Of a DNA stretch of 64,000 nucleotides, positions 10,546-19,873 are shown one piece after another (position 1 is the stretch's first letter; every line of letters begins with the position of its first letter). The stretch covers positions 1,445-65,444 of the forward strand of contig JALNZF010000014.1 of assembly GCA_023229435.1 (NCBI GenBank). Direction: 5' to 3'. The notes under the pieces are model-generated. The model was not told the DNA's origin, ran no database searches, and saw nothing but the letters and a program-made list of their open reading frames with translations. This DNA is from Nitrospirota bacterium. Lineage in GTDB: Bacteria > Nitrospirota > UBA9217. The position numbers and the translations under genes were made by a program.

Positions 10546-12528
10546 TTACAGCGCCTCCGCCTTTGCCGCACTGTGCACAGGGGCGACGTGCGTCGCGCTC
10601 AACTCATCTTCCGTGATATTGAATTTCCGGCCAACCATTGTTTCCACCGCTTCGACCAGAGAAAGCGCGTCCATCTTGTGTTCCTTCAGAAGATACTGCT
10701 TGCTCGCCCCATGACTGAAGGTGTCCTGGAGACCAATCCGGACGAGCTTTTTCGCGATGCCGGATTCGGCCATCTTCTCGGCAATGATGGAACCCAGACC
10801 TCCCACAATGGTGTGGTTTTCCATGGTGATTACACCGGATAGGGACCTCGCTATCGCGTCAAGTACGGACTGGTCGTTAAAAGGCTTCAAGGTCGAGATA
10901 TGCATGTGCTGAATGGATAGGCCGCGCTTCTTGAGCACCTGTATCGCCCGCATGGCCTCCTCGGTCATGATGCCGCTTGAAAGGACGACAAGATCCTTCC
11001 CTTCGGTCAGGACGCGCGACTTGCCAAACACCATTGGAGAGTCGAACAGCCGCGGGATCTCGCCGCGCAGCATTCGCACATACACCGGGCCTTTGATCTC
11101 CTGCATCAGTTCGAGGACGGATTCCACCTCGGTCGCGTCCCCGCACTCAAGCACCGTCATATTCGGCAACGCACGCATGATCGCGATGTCCTCGATGGCC
11201 TGATGCGTCGCCCCGCCCGGTGTAGTGATGCCCGGAAGAAATCCGATCATCCGGACCAACAGATTGGGATAGGCGATGGACATGGCGATCTGATCGTATG
11301 CGCGGCGATAGATAAACACCGCAAAGGTATGCACAAAGGGGATGAACCCTTCCCGCGCAAGGCCGGCCGCAAAGCTCAGCATGTTCTGTTCCGCAACGCC
11401 CATGGAGAGAAAGCGGTCGGGATAGGTCTTGCGAAAAAGGTCGATCTCGGTCGAGCTGGTAAGGTCTGCTGAAAGGACAAGCACCTTCGGCTTGTCCGCG
11501 GCCCACGCGACGAGGTTCTTCGCGTGTACCTGCGAGACGATCTCAGGGCCTCCCATTGCTTTTGGCTCAGCTGTGCGGGCAGACGGAAGGGCAAGCTTCT
11601 GTCCGCACATTTGCTCATAGGCAGCCGCGTATTGTTCCTTTTCCTGCTGAGACGTAAAGCGGACGTAGTGCATCTTCGGAGCGCGTGACTTGAGGACATC
11701 GAGTCCCCGCGCGGCGTCCGTATCGCAGAGAACAACGATCGGCCTTCCATCGGGCGTTAATTCTCCGGCATCCGCGAGACGTTTGACGTCATGTCCATTC
11801 ACCCGGAATACCCGGCAGCCGAACGCCTCAAGCCGCTTATCCAGCGGTTCAACGTCCATGACCGTGCTCATCTTGCCGTCGCACTGGAACCCGTTCACAT
11901 CAACATAGATGATCACGTTGTCGAGCATGTGGAAGGAAAGGGACTGGAGCGCCTCCCAGGTCTGGCCGATCTGGAACTCGCCGTCGGACATGAAGATGAA
12001 CACCCTGCCCTTCTCGCTCTTTCTCTTTCTGGCCATGGCAATGCCTGCCGCCTGGCTGATTCCCTGTCCGAGCGAGCCGGTCATGGTCTCCATGCCCGGC
12101 GAATGTTCGGCGCCGATCATTTCGACCGAGCTTCCATCCCTGTTGAACTGGAGAATCCCCTCCTCCGCCATGCGGCCGGTCTCGATCAGGGTCGCGTAGA
12201 GCACCAGTGCGTATTGGGCCGGTGAGAGAAAGAAGCGGTCATGATCCGGACCCGGTCCGTTGAATGATGCGCCGGTAAAGTAATTTGGGTTGTCCGGCCC
12301 AGGCACACCGGGAAACGGCTGGGGCACGAGCGGGGTCTCGATCGCGCCGAGGTCCATGATCTTCACATACAGCGTGGCCAGGATTTCCGCCGACGAACAG
12401 GCCTGGGAGAGATATCCCCCATTGTTTCTGATCGTATGTTCCAGCACGCGTTTCCGTATGCCCGCGGCTACGCGCTTCACCTCGTCCTGCCAGCTCGTTG
12501 ATCCTTTTTTTCTATCAACAGACTTCAT
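10546..12528 (-). CDS. Transketolase-family ThDP enzyme (N- and C-terminal halves in one polypeptide), divergent N-terminal motifs
   Basis: The C-terminal half is typical (GVAEQNM..FAAGLA..THQAIEDIAIMRALPNM). The N-terminal half has SDGE..NG ThDP/Mg motif. ATG 12528 follows a GAGGGAG RBS. The 45 codons upstream in the ORF track run through a repeat element. Confidence 0.85.
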   Translation of the reverse strand: MKSVDRKKGSTSWQDEVKRVAAGIRKRVLEHTIRNNGGYLSQACSSAEILATLYVKIMDLGAIETPLVPQPFPGVPGPDNPNYFTGASFNGPGPDHDRFFLSPAQYALVLYATLIETGRMAEEGILQFNRDGSSVEMIGAEHSPGMETMTGSLGQGISQAAGIAMARKRKSEKGRVFIFMSDGEFQIGQTWEALQSLSFHMLDNVIIYVDVNGFQCDGKMSTVMDVEPLDKRLEAFGCRVFRVNGHDVKRLADAGELTPDGRPIVVLCDTDAARGLDVLKSRAPKMHYVRFTSQQEKEQYAAAYEQMCGQKLALPSARTAEPKAMGGPEIVSQVHAKNLVAWAADKPKVLVLSADLTSSTEIDLFRKTYPDRFLSMGVAEQNMLSFAAGLAREGFIPFVHTFAVFIYRRAYDQIAMSIAYPNLLVRMIGFLPGITTPGGATHQAIEDIAIMRALPNMTVLECGDATEVESVLELMQEIKGPVYVRMLRGEIPRLFDSPMVFGKSRVLTEGKDLVVLSSGIMTEEAMRAIQVLKKRGLSIQHMHISTLKPFNDQSVLDAIARSLSGVITMENHTIVGGLGSIIAEKMAESGIAKKLVRIGLQDTFSHGASKQYLLKEHKMDALSLVEAVETMVGRKFNITEDELSATHVAPVHSAAKAEAL

Positions 12529-12877
12529 GACTCCCTCAAATATTCCTCGCCTCGCGTTGTCAAGATTTAACCACAGAGTACACAGAGAAGATCTTGATTG
12601 AATGGATGAACTGCCTCCGTGTCCTCTCTCCCCTCTGCGCCTTGGTTGTTTTACCAGTTCCATTGATTGTTCATTATCTTTAAATCGCGAGAACGCTGAG
12701 GATATTATTGATAAATAAACTCAAGGTGTTTTTCCCCAAGACATTCCTCAGTGCCCTCTGTGGTGAATCAGCGTCAATAAAATTGAAAAAGGCCATCCTC
12801 TCTTTCTTGATTTTGAACCGGTTGGAGCAACTGATAAACTCAACCGAAGAAAGGAGCATAGCCGTCAGAAAGATTGC

Positions 12878-13009
12878 ATCTACTCAGGTCAATATCTGTT
12901 AGCCACGAAAGGACGCAAGGATCGCAGAGAGATATAAAGCTGAAATACATGGTTTCAGGTTTTTTCTTTGAGTTCTTTGCGTTCTTTTGCGGCCAATCTG
13001 ATTAGTTAC
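12878..13009. repeat. MITE-like element, copy A (short variant)
   Basis: atctactcaggtc..gttagcc .. ggatcgcagagag..gaaatacatggtttcaggtttttt ctttgagttctttgcgttcttttgcggccaatctgattagttac. The termini are inverted repeats. Confidence 0.75.
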
Positions 13010-13045
13010 GAAAGATTTAACTAAAAAATGACCAGGGTACTGCCC

Positions 13046-13687
13046 TTACCCCCGGTGCTTCAATCCCGCGATCTCCGCCATTCGCAGTTCCGCCAGGTGG
13101 GTCTTTCCCTGCCGAATAAGGTCGATGACATCGGAGTCCACAAGCGCCTGAAAGATCTTCTGTCGTTTTTTCTCATCAGAGATCTCTTCAATTACCCGAG
13201 GCCGGATCGCTGACAGCTTATCGAGAAAGACCTCATACTCCGCGCCGTACCTCTGTTCGATATCCTGCCTGATCTTCTTCGCCAGCGCCGGGCTTGCGCC
13301 GCTCGTGGAGATCGCGATCAGGAGATCGCCCCGCTCCACCACGGAGGGCACAATAAAACTGTTCGCTTCGGGAGGCACGGCCACATTCACCAGCATATGT
13401 TTTTTCCTGCATGCCGCCGCCACAAGGGTGTTTACCTCGGGCGATGGGGTCGCGGCGATCACCAGGAACTCGCCGGAAAGGTCTTTTTCCTCGTACTGCT
13501 TCTGGAGATGGGTGATCTTACCGGTGTCGGAGAGTTCGCGCAGTTTCGTCGTGAGCGCGGGGCTTATGATCGTTACCTCGGCCCCCGCTTCAAGGAGCGC
13601 GAGCGCCTTGCGCTCGGCCACCGTGCCGCCGCCGATTACCACGCAGGGCCGATCGCGCAGATCCAAATATACGGGATAATATTTCAT
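13046..13687 (-). CDS. Precorrin-2 dehydrogenase / sirohydrochlorin ferrochelatase (CysG N-terminal domain / SirC-Met8 type)
   Basis: YPVYLDLRDRPCVVIGGGTVAERK..L.AGA.VT.ISP is the signature siroheme synthase N-terminal Rossmann domain. Confidence 0.85.
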   Translation of the reverse strand: MKYYPVYLDLRDRPCVVIGGGTVAERKALALLEAGAEVTIISPALTTKLRELSDTGKITHLQKQYEEKDLSGEFLVIAATPSPEVNTLVAAACRKKHMLVNVAVPPEANSFIVPSVVERGDLLIAISTSGASPALAKKIRQDIEQRYGAEYEVFLDKLSAIRPRVIEEISDEKKRQKIFQALVDSDVIDLIRQGKTHLAELRMAEIAGLKHRG

Positions 13688-14412
13688 GGCAGGTGCAGTT
13701 TCTCGATGTTATACAGCGCCGTCTTCTTCATGGCCGGATATTTTTGTGCGAGGGTCTCGAACCGGGCGCGCGCCAGGTCCTTCTCGCCAAGTTCCCTGTA
13801 CGAAAGGCCCGCGTAGTAAAGCGCGTCCTTTTCCGAACGCGTGTCAGGGTAATCCCTCAGCAGTTTCTCGCACCTTCCCACAGCCGCTTGATAAGACCCT
13901 TTCTTGTAGTAGAACCGTGCGACATAAAGTTCGTACTCCGCGACCCAGTCCGTGCAGATGGAAATATATTTCCTCGCCTGATCTTCATAGCCGCTTTTCG
14001 GATATTTTTCGAGGACCTTTTGCATCTCTCTGATCACGGCATGGGCAGGCGCGGGGTCGCGGTCAAAGGTCGTGAGGTCTTTGTAGCTGCACATCCCGAT
14101 CTGATACTGGGCGTATGCCGCGTCCCTGTGCACAGGATGGTAATTCAGGAAAGCCTGGTACTCGACCTGCGCTTCGCTGTACTGTTCCTCGCCGTAGTAG
14201 GTGTCGGCGATACGAAGCATCAGGTCGGCGTCGTAACTTTTATCCGGCGACTTTTCCTGGATCTCCTGGTACCCCTTACGGGCCTTTTCAAAGGACTCCG
14301 CGCGCATGTTCTTTTCGGCTTCCTTGAACACGGCCACCGCGTCAAAGGGAGGTTCTTTCGACGCGCACCCGGCGAGAAGTGCAAAGATCATTATGATGAG
14401 TATTTTTTTCAT
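13684..14412 (-). CDS. bamD: Outer membrane protein assembly factor BamD (TPR lipoprotein)
   Basis: Lipobox LLAGC followed by a YfiO/BamD-like TPR region. ATGA overlap with the downstream gene. Confidence 0.8.
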   Translation of the reverse strand: MKKILIIMIFALLAGCASKEPPFDAVAVFKEAEKNMRAESFEKARKGYQEIQEKSPDKSYDADLMLRIADTYYGEEQYSEAQVEYQAFLNYHPVHRDAAYAQYQIGMCSYKDLTTFDRDPAPAHAVIREMQKVLEKYPKSGYEDQARKYISICTDWVAEYELYVARFYYKKGSYQAAVGRCEKLLRDYPDTRSEKDALYYAGLSYRELGEKDLARARFETLAQKYPAMKKTALYNIEKLHLP

Positions 14413-14490
14413 GAGCGGTTAATTATCAAAATAACAAGCACCACATTCCAATTGTTTCGATAATGCGAATTGTGGATTGGTAAATCATGT

Positions 14491-14655
14491 ATCTACTCAG
14501 GCCATATCAGGTCAAAATCTGTTAGCCGCAAAAGAACCCCCGATAAGACATTTCGAGGGCAGGCTCCAGGATCGCAGAGAGAATTACAATGAAATACATG
14601 GTTTCAGGTTTTTTCTTTGAGTTCTTTGCGTTCTGCGGCCAATCTGAGCAGTTAC
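14491..14655. repeat. MITE-like element, copy B
   Basis: Closely matches 60841-60999 by eye: atctactcagg..gtcaaaatctgttagccgc.aaagaacccccgataagacatttcgagggcaggctccaggatcgcagagagaatta.. Confidence 0.8.
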
Positions 14656-14701
14656 AAAATTATTTAATATATTTTTATTTGAAATTTGGACATTCAAAGT
14701 A

Positions 14702-14788
14702 TGGTGCCGAAGGGGGGACTCGAACCCCCACAGGATTGCTCCCACTGCGCCCTGAACGCAGCGCGTCTACCAGTTCCACCACTTCGGC
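14702..14788 (-). tRNA. tRNA-Leu (anticodon CAG), 87 nt with long variable arm and encoded CCA
   Basis: Reverse complement GCCGAAGTGGTGGAACTGGTAGACGCGCTGCGTTCAGGGCGCAGTGGGAGCAATCCTGTGGGGGTTCGAGTCCCCCCTTCGGCACCA. The 7-bp acceptor stem pairs. Anticodon stem CTGCG/CGCAG with loop TTCAGGG. T-arm GGGGG TTCGAGT CCCCC. Confidence 0.95.
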
Positions 14789-15018
14789 ACGGGTGACATG
14801 ATAAAGTGAAAGCCCGCGCTTGTCAAGGACGTTTTTCCCCGGCCCGGCACGTGTCAGCGATACGTTTCAATTTTCACTGGATCGCAGAAAAATCAGCTTG
14901 ACAACACCCCGGTCGCGTGTTTTAATTCGCCGTGTAGTTATTGAGTTCTCGATCCATTCCAATAGAGTCGCTGACTATAACAATAGCTGATCAAAACCCA
15001 TGAAACAACTGGAGCGGT

Positions 15019-16239
15019 ATGAATAAAACAGAGCGCATCGAGACGAACCAGGGGTTTATTACGGCCGCTGTCATACTGATTCTGGTACTGACCGGGTCTT
15101 CCTTGTTGCGGAACGCCGTTTATCACGAGGAGATCAGATTGTGGGAGGATGTGGTCGCAAAAAGCCCTGGGAAAATGCGCGCTCTGGACAACCTCGGTTC
15201 GGCCTATGCGGCCCGGAACAGGTTTGACGCAGCCATAGAAACATACCGCAACGCGATAACGGCGCATCCAAACGCTTCCGTCACCTGGTATAACCGGGGG
15301 TTGGCCTATTCCCGCCAGGAAAAGTACGAACAAGCCATCGAGGATTATACCCGGGCAATCTCGTTGGAACCGGCAGGGATCGCGCGTTATTATACGGACC
15401 GCGGTTCTGCTTATGCAAAACTGAAGAAATGGGACCTGGCGCTCAACGATTACAACAAGGCCCTTTCCCTCGAGCCTGCGTCTGCCGCTGCCTATGTCAA
15501 CCGCGCCGCGGTCTATGAGGCCAATGACCAGGGGGCCCTGGCGTTTGCTGACTACAGCAAGGCCATTGAGCTCGATCCCCATTACGCCGCGGCATGGGTC
15601 AAGCGTTCTTCATTCTCCATCGCCAAAGGACAGTTCGATAAAGCCATACAGGATTGTTCCCTCGGTATTTCCGCCAATCCTGATTCTTCAGACCTGTATC
15701 TCTATCGTGGTTTTGCGCATACCGGTGTTGGAAAGGTCGAGACGGCCATTGAGGATTATACGCAGGCCATTTCCTTGAACCCGGAGTCCGTGGAGGCCTA
15801 TGCCAAGAGAGGGCTTGCGTACGCGGGGATGGGAAACTACGATGCCGCGATCAAGGATTATGCGCAAGCGATGGCGTTAAGGCCGGACTATGCCGAGGCG
15901 TATAACAACCGGGGGCTTGCCCTCGCGGCCACCAAACAGTTCTATGCGGCCATCCAGGACTACAACATGGCCATTTCCCTGAAACAGGACAATCTTGACG
16001 CCTATCTGAACCGCGGGGTCGCCTATGCCATGAGCAACAGGCATGCCGACTCGGTAGCGGATTTCAGCATCGTGATCAAGTTGGCGCCAAAGGACAACCG
16101 GGGCTATGCGAACCGGGGCATTGCCAATTATCAGAAAGGATTGATCAAGGAAGCGATACCGGACCTGCGGAAGGGCTGCGATCTGGGGAACCGGAACGCC
16201 TGCGGATTGCTGAAGAACGCTCTTCAGCAAAGGAAATAG
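15019..16239 (+). CDS. TPR-repeat protein with N-terminal membrane anchor
   Basis: About 10 tandem 34-aa units (..A..Y..AI.L.P....AY.NRG.AY..). GGAG RBS before ATG 15019. Confidence 0.85.
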   Translation: MNKTERIETNQGFITAAVILILVLTGSSLLRNAVYHEEIRLWEDVVAKSPGKMRALDNLGSAYAARNRFDAAIETYRNAITAHPNASVTWYNRGLAYSRQEKYEQAIEDYTRAISLEPAGIARYYTDRGSAYAKLKKWDLALNDYNKALSLEPASAAAYVNRAAVYEANDQGALAFADYSKAIELDPHYAAAWVKRSSFSIAKGQFDKAIQDCSLGISANPDSSDLYLYRGFAHTGVGKVETAIEDYTQAISLNPESVEAYAKRGLAYAGMGNYDAAIKDYAQAMALRPDYAEAYNNRGLALAATKQFYAAIQDYNMAISLKQDNLDAYLNRGVAYAMSNRHADSVADFSIVIKLAPKDNRGYANRGIANYQKGLIKEAIPDLRKGCDLGNRNACGLLKNALQQRK

Positions 16240-16312
16240 TCATCCTCGAGTGATTCTATCGGGGATATTGTTTCCAGAACAAACCGGAACTAAAACGTAA
16301 AAAAAAGGCATC

Positions 16313-16420
16313 TCTCGCAGAGGCGCAGAGAACGCAGAGTTAATTCATGATTATTGAGTCTTGGTTCTAACCCAGAATATTTATTGATTTTTTCTCTGCG
16401 AGCTCTGCGCCTCTGCGAGA
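16313..16420. repeat. 27-bp near-perfect inverted repeats separated by 54 bp (hairpin/MITE-like)
   Basis: tctcgcagaggcgcagagaacgcagag (16313-16339) against ctctgcgagctctgcgcctctgcgaga (16394-16420). Confidence 0.75.
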
Positions 16421-16465
16421 AATATTCCTGCCGTTTGATGTAGAATTTGATTCCTTGGACATATT

Positions 16466-16503
16466 CCCCCTCACCTCGGTCCTCTCCCTCCAGGGGAGAG
16501 GAG
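16466..16503. repeat. REP-like element, copy 2 (half-size)
   Basis: ccccctcacctcggtcctctccctccaggggagaggag. Confidence 0.7.
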
Positions 16504-16510
16504 TTTAACA

Positions 16511-16993
16511 TTAGCTTCCATACTGGAAAGCCACGCGTATTTTCATCGTGTCAGGCGGGATGATGATCCGGGAGAATTCCGCATAAAAGATCTCAAACCC
16601 TTTTCGGTACAGAATGACATTGTCCGCAGCTTTTCCCGCGGCCCATCCTTTCGGCACGAGCGCCCTCTTCAGACCAGTTGCATAATACGATTTGACCTTG
16701 TCGTAGTCGTTCTCACGTTGGACAGGCACTTCGTATATAGCGGCAAGCAAAGGGCTGTCCTTTGATTTCTTTCTAACCTCAACGAACGTTACGCCTTTAT
16801 ACATCGGGATACCCATTCCCGAGAGTTTTTTTCTGAAGGCATCCTGGTCCGCAGCACTGACCGGCTGGACGTCTTCCTGCCGCATTACAGGCTTCTTTTC
16901 CTGAGCGCCCTTCCCTGTATCTGAACACCCTATGACAGTCATAATCATGATAATTATGATAAAATTCCAACTTTTAATTTGTTGTCCTGGCAT
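16511..16993 (-). CDS. Hypothetical lipoprotein
   Basis: ATG 16993 with a GAGAGG RBS. Signal plus lipobox IIIMIMTVIGC. No recognisable domain. Confidence 0.6.
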   Translation of the reverse strand: MPGQQIKSWNFIIIIMIMTVIGCSDTGKGAQEKKPVMRQEDVQPVSAADQDAFRKKLSGMGIPMYKGVTFVEVRKKSKDSPLLAAIYEVPVQRENDYDKVKSYYATGLKRALVPKGWAAGKAADNVILYRKGFEIFYAEFSRIIIPPDTMKIRVAFQYGS

Positions 16994-17109
16994 CTGAATG
17001 TTACCTCTCAAAAAGTAATATGGTTTCGTCGAATAGATTCAAGCCCTGCTCACAAGAAAAGGGGGATCCGAATGGATCCCCCTTGAGTGGTAGCAATACA
17101 GAAGTTGGT

Positions 17110-18330
17110 TTAGTTGCTCAATTGCCGCACAACATTGCTGACGGCACTGCCTGTGGTGATGTTCTGGAGTTCGCTGCCACCTTCATTCAACGTCAATCCC
17201 GAGTTCGCCTGCGTGCTCTTAATGATAAATGGCTGATTAGAGGCCGCAAGAGATGTGAACGTTACAACCGATCCGGCACGGTCAGCCGTCGTTCCTGTGA
17301 TGGCAGAATTCGGCGTCAACGTCATGGTCAGTCCGTCGGCGGAGAGAACAGCCTGGAAATCGAAATTAGTATTCGTATTATTTGACGCCAAACCAGCAGC
17401 ATTAAATCCGGTCGTGGTCAGAATGATCGGCTGGTTGAACGTTACGGTCAGAACCCCGCTTGCCGTGACAGAACCCGGTGCCTGGTTCGATGCGGCGGTT
17501 GCATAGAGCGCATTATTCGTTACTGCCATATTCACCACGCGCGTTGTGGAAGCTGTACCAACAATAAACGCCGCAGGTGTGTTTGCAGCAAGCTGCATAC
17601 CACCGATATTTATGGGTTCAACCGAGACTCTGTAGCCGCCGCCCAGAACCAGGTCTGCACTGCTGAATGTTGCCAGACCTGAGGCATTCGTAGTGGTGGT
17701 AAGGCTTGTATACAGACCGGCAGCTGGAATAAGCCGGTTACCCGTATAAGCAGTCTCGGTGTTGTTGGCTTCATCCTGCTGCAGAAGGACCGTTGCATTC
17801 GGGACCACGTCTCCCTGAGGATCGTAAACATATACACTCACGTCACCGGCTGTAGTTCCGAGCGGGAAGAGATAAATGTTCCCGATCATATTGATCACCG
17901 TATTCAGAAGGTCATTGTTACCGCTAAAGTTAACAACGGCCTCAATCGTGCTAACATTCGCTTCAAATCTCTGATACCCGGACTTTACAACAACGATCTT
18001 GAACGTGATCTCGCCAGTATTGATGTCAACCGGAATGCCTGAAAAGGCATATTCACCGCACAGAGGACTGTTTATGTCACGATCGAGTTTATCAGCCCCG
18101 CGGTTTTCAGTGCCCTGGATCAACCAGATATTGAGTTCGCCGTCAGCATCATTGCCGATAGAGCCACCGGTGACAGCATCCATGATCTTGCCTTGGAGCG
18201 TTCCGGTCTTATTATAGTCCTGAGTTGGAAGCTGAGAATTAGTTGTCGAACCATTGTCTGTCTTCCCGCAGCCGACAAAAAGCATGGTCGCTATAAGCAG
18301 AAGGCCCAGTACAACAAAGAGTTTTTTCAT
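17110..18330 (-). CDS. Secreted surface lipoprotein, Thr/Asn/Gly/Ala-rich and beta-rich
   Basis: MKKLFVVLGLLLIATMLFVGC lipobox. GGGAGAG RBS. Low-complexity T/N/A/G-rich composition suggests a cell-surface protein. Function unknown. Confidence 0.6.
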   Translation of the reverse strand: MKKLFVVLGLLLIATMLFVGCGKTDNGSTTNSQLPTQDYNKTGTLQGKIMDAVTGGSIGNDADGELNIWLIQGTENRGADKLDRDINSPLCGEYAFSGIPVDINTGEITFKIVVVKSGYQRFEANVSTIEAVVNFSGNNDLLNTVINMIGNIYLFPLGTTAGDVSVYVYDPQGDVVPNATVLLQQDEANNTETAYTGNRLIPAAGLYTSLTTTTNASGLATFSSADLVLGGGYRVSVEPINIGGMQLAANTPAAFIVGTASTTRVVNMAVTNNALYATAASNQAPGSVTASGVLTVTFNQPIILTTTGFNAAGLASNNTNTNFDFQAVLSADGLTMTLTPNSAITGTTADRAGSVVTFTSLAASNQPFIIKSTQANSGLTLNEGGSELQNITTGSAVSNVVRQLSN

Positions 18331-18675
18331 TGTTTGTCTCTCCCTTTCAATAAGAAATTTTTAAAATTGATACTGCCGTAACAACCTGATGACTAAACAT
18401 GGATGCAATTGTTGAATAAAACAGTAGTCTTTGCTGTGATCACCCCCTCCTTATCATATTTACAGTAAAAACAGACTCTTCAAATCAATATTCTGCTGAA
18501 TCTAAAATATTTTCTTGAATTATCCCGGAGTGAGTAAGAGTGATTCTATCGGTTAAATGTTACTTCCAGCTTTGATTTTATCATCATTATCCATCTTGTC
18601 AAGTAGATATTCACTTTTTATGGCCATATCCGGGGCATGTTCAAAGAAAAGAGCGACTATTCTTTCCTCATACGG

Positions 18676-19563
18676 TCATGGCAGTAGGGAAAGATAGTTC
18701 AATAATTTCTTTCTCGTCCCTTCATCAGCCTGGGCCCTCACATGTCCGGGCATTGCGGGCACCCAGAATTCCCTGGGCAACAGGGCGGCATCGTACAATT
18801 GACGGCCATGGTGTTCGGGGACTATATCGTCAGCCCTCCCGTGGATAATAACGATCGGGACAGGCGCGATTCTATGAACATAATTTATCGGGCTGAAGTC
18901 ATCGTTGATCAGCAAGGAAAGCGGGTACTGAAACGGCCAGCCAATGATGGAATCCGAGATCTTTTCCCGCGCAATGGCACGATAACTCGAGAACACACTA
19001 TCCAGGATGAGCGCTTTCACCCTGTATTTATGAGGCGAATTCGCCACAGTGTAGACAGCCACTGCGCCGCCGAGGCTTTTCCCGAAGATAATGATATTGT
19101 CATACTTCGCGCGCGGCAGCGTAAAAAGAAGCGTTTCGAGCGCGGCCTCGGCGTCAAGCTGGATGCCTTTCACATCCGGACTGCCCTCCGACCTTCCGTA
19201 CCCGCGGTAATCGAAGATGAAAAGATTGTAGCCCGCGTCGATCAGCCACAAGTCGAGCATCACATGGGTGCTGAGGTTCTCCACATTGCCGTGGCAGATG
19301 AGGATGGTACCGCGCTCTTCACGCGCCCTGAAATACCATCCATGCAGGGTCAGGCCGTCAGAAGATCTGAAGTAAACATCGGATGGTGAATACTTTAGTA
19401 TTGCGGGGTTTATGACAAGTTCTTTTGTTGGTTTGAAAAATAGATGAGTACAGCCGGGGGCGAGCAGGATGATTGAGAGAAGAATAAATATTAATGCGGA
19501 CCTGGAGACGAGTGTTTGGATAAGAATGGGCACGGATATTGTGGATGTATAAAGCGCCTTCAC
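18676..19563 (-). CDS. Alpha/beta-fold hydrolase
   Basis: Nucleophile elbow GKSLGG, later D and H (HGRADDIVP..PGHV). N-terminal hydrophobic segment ending LLAPGC. GTG start. Confidence 0.75.
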   Translation of the reverse strand: MKALYTSTISVPILIQTLVSRSALIFILLSIILLAPGCTHLFFKPTKELVINPAILKYSPSDVYFRSSDGLTLHGWYFRAREERGTILICHGNVENLSTHVMLDLWLIDAGYNLFIFDYRGYGRSEGSPDVKGIQLDAEAALETLLFTLPRAKYDNIIIFGKSLGGAVAVYTVANSPHKYRVKALILDSVFSSYRAIAREKISDSIIGWPFQYPLSLLINDDFSPINYVHRIAPVPIVIIHGRADDIVPEHHGRQLYDAALLPREFWVPAMPGHVRAQADEGTRKKLLNYLSLLP

Positions 19564-19873
19564 AGATATTTTTTAGCATGTTCCTGACAGACATGTCAAT
19601 GGATTTTCTAACAATCCGCTTGCAATGTTTGATAGCAGGGATTAATATCTTTAACACTGAAAAATAATAAGGAGAAAGGGAGAAGATGGAGAAATGGGGG
19701 AAAGATCGATCCAGTACGTCGTTGACCCGATAGAGATCAGGGGTTCGTTTCTCCTTTTCTCCAATATCCCCATTTCCCCTTAATCTTTTGATTTGTTATC
19801 AGCGATAGTACGCTGTCCAACATTTGTTGCTATGAGCCAAAATAATTTCTTTTCCATGAATCGGTCGTCAGAC

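Noticed and set aside
12529-12663. The 45-codon N-terminal extension of the transketolase ORF, and the 29472 start of the large kinase
   Set aside because: Both extensions run through intergenic repeat elements. Downstream ATGs (12528 and 29589) have proper RBSs and give N-termini typical of the families.
12529-13045. Looked for a SAM or other riboswitch in the roughly 500-nt leader of the transketolase-SDR-RLP cluster
   Set aside because: The region is made of the repeat families seen elsewhere (the cacagag/ctcagcg-type element and MITE copy A). I could not recognise any known riboswitch core, and a covariance-model scan would be needed to exclude one.
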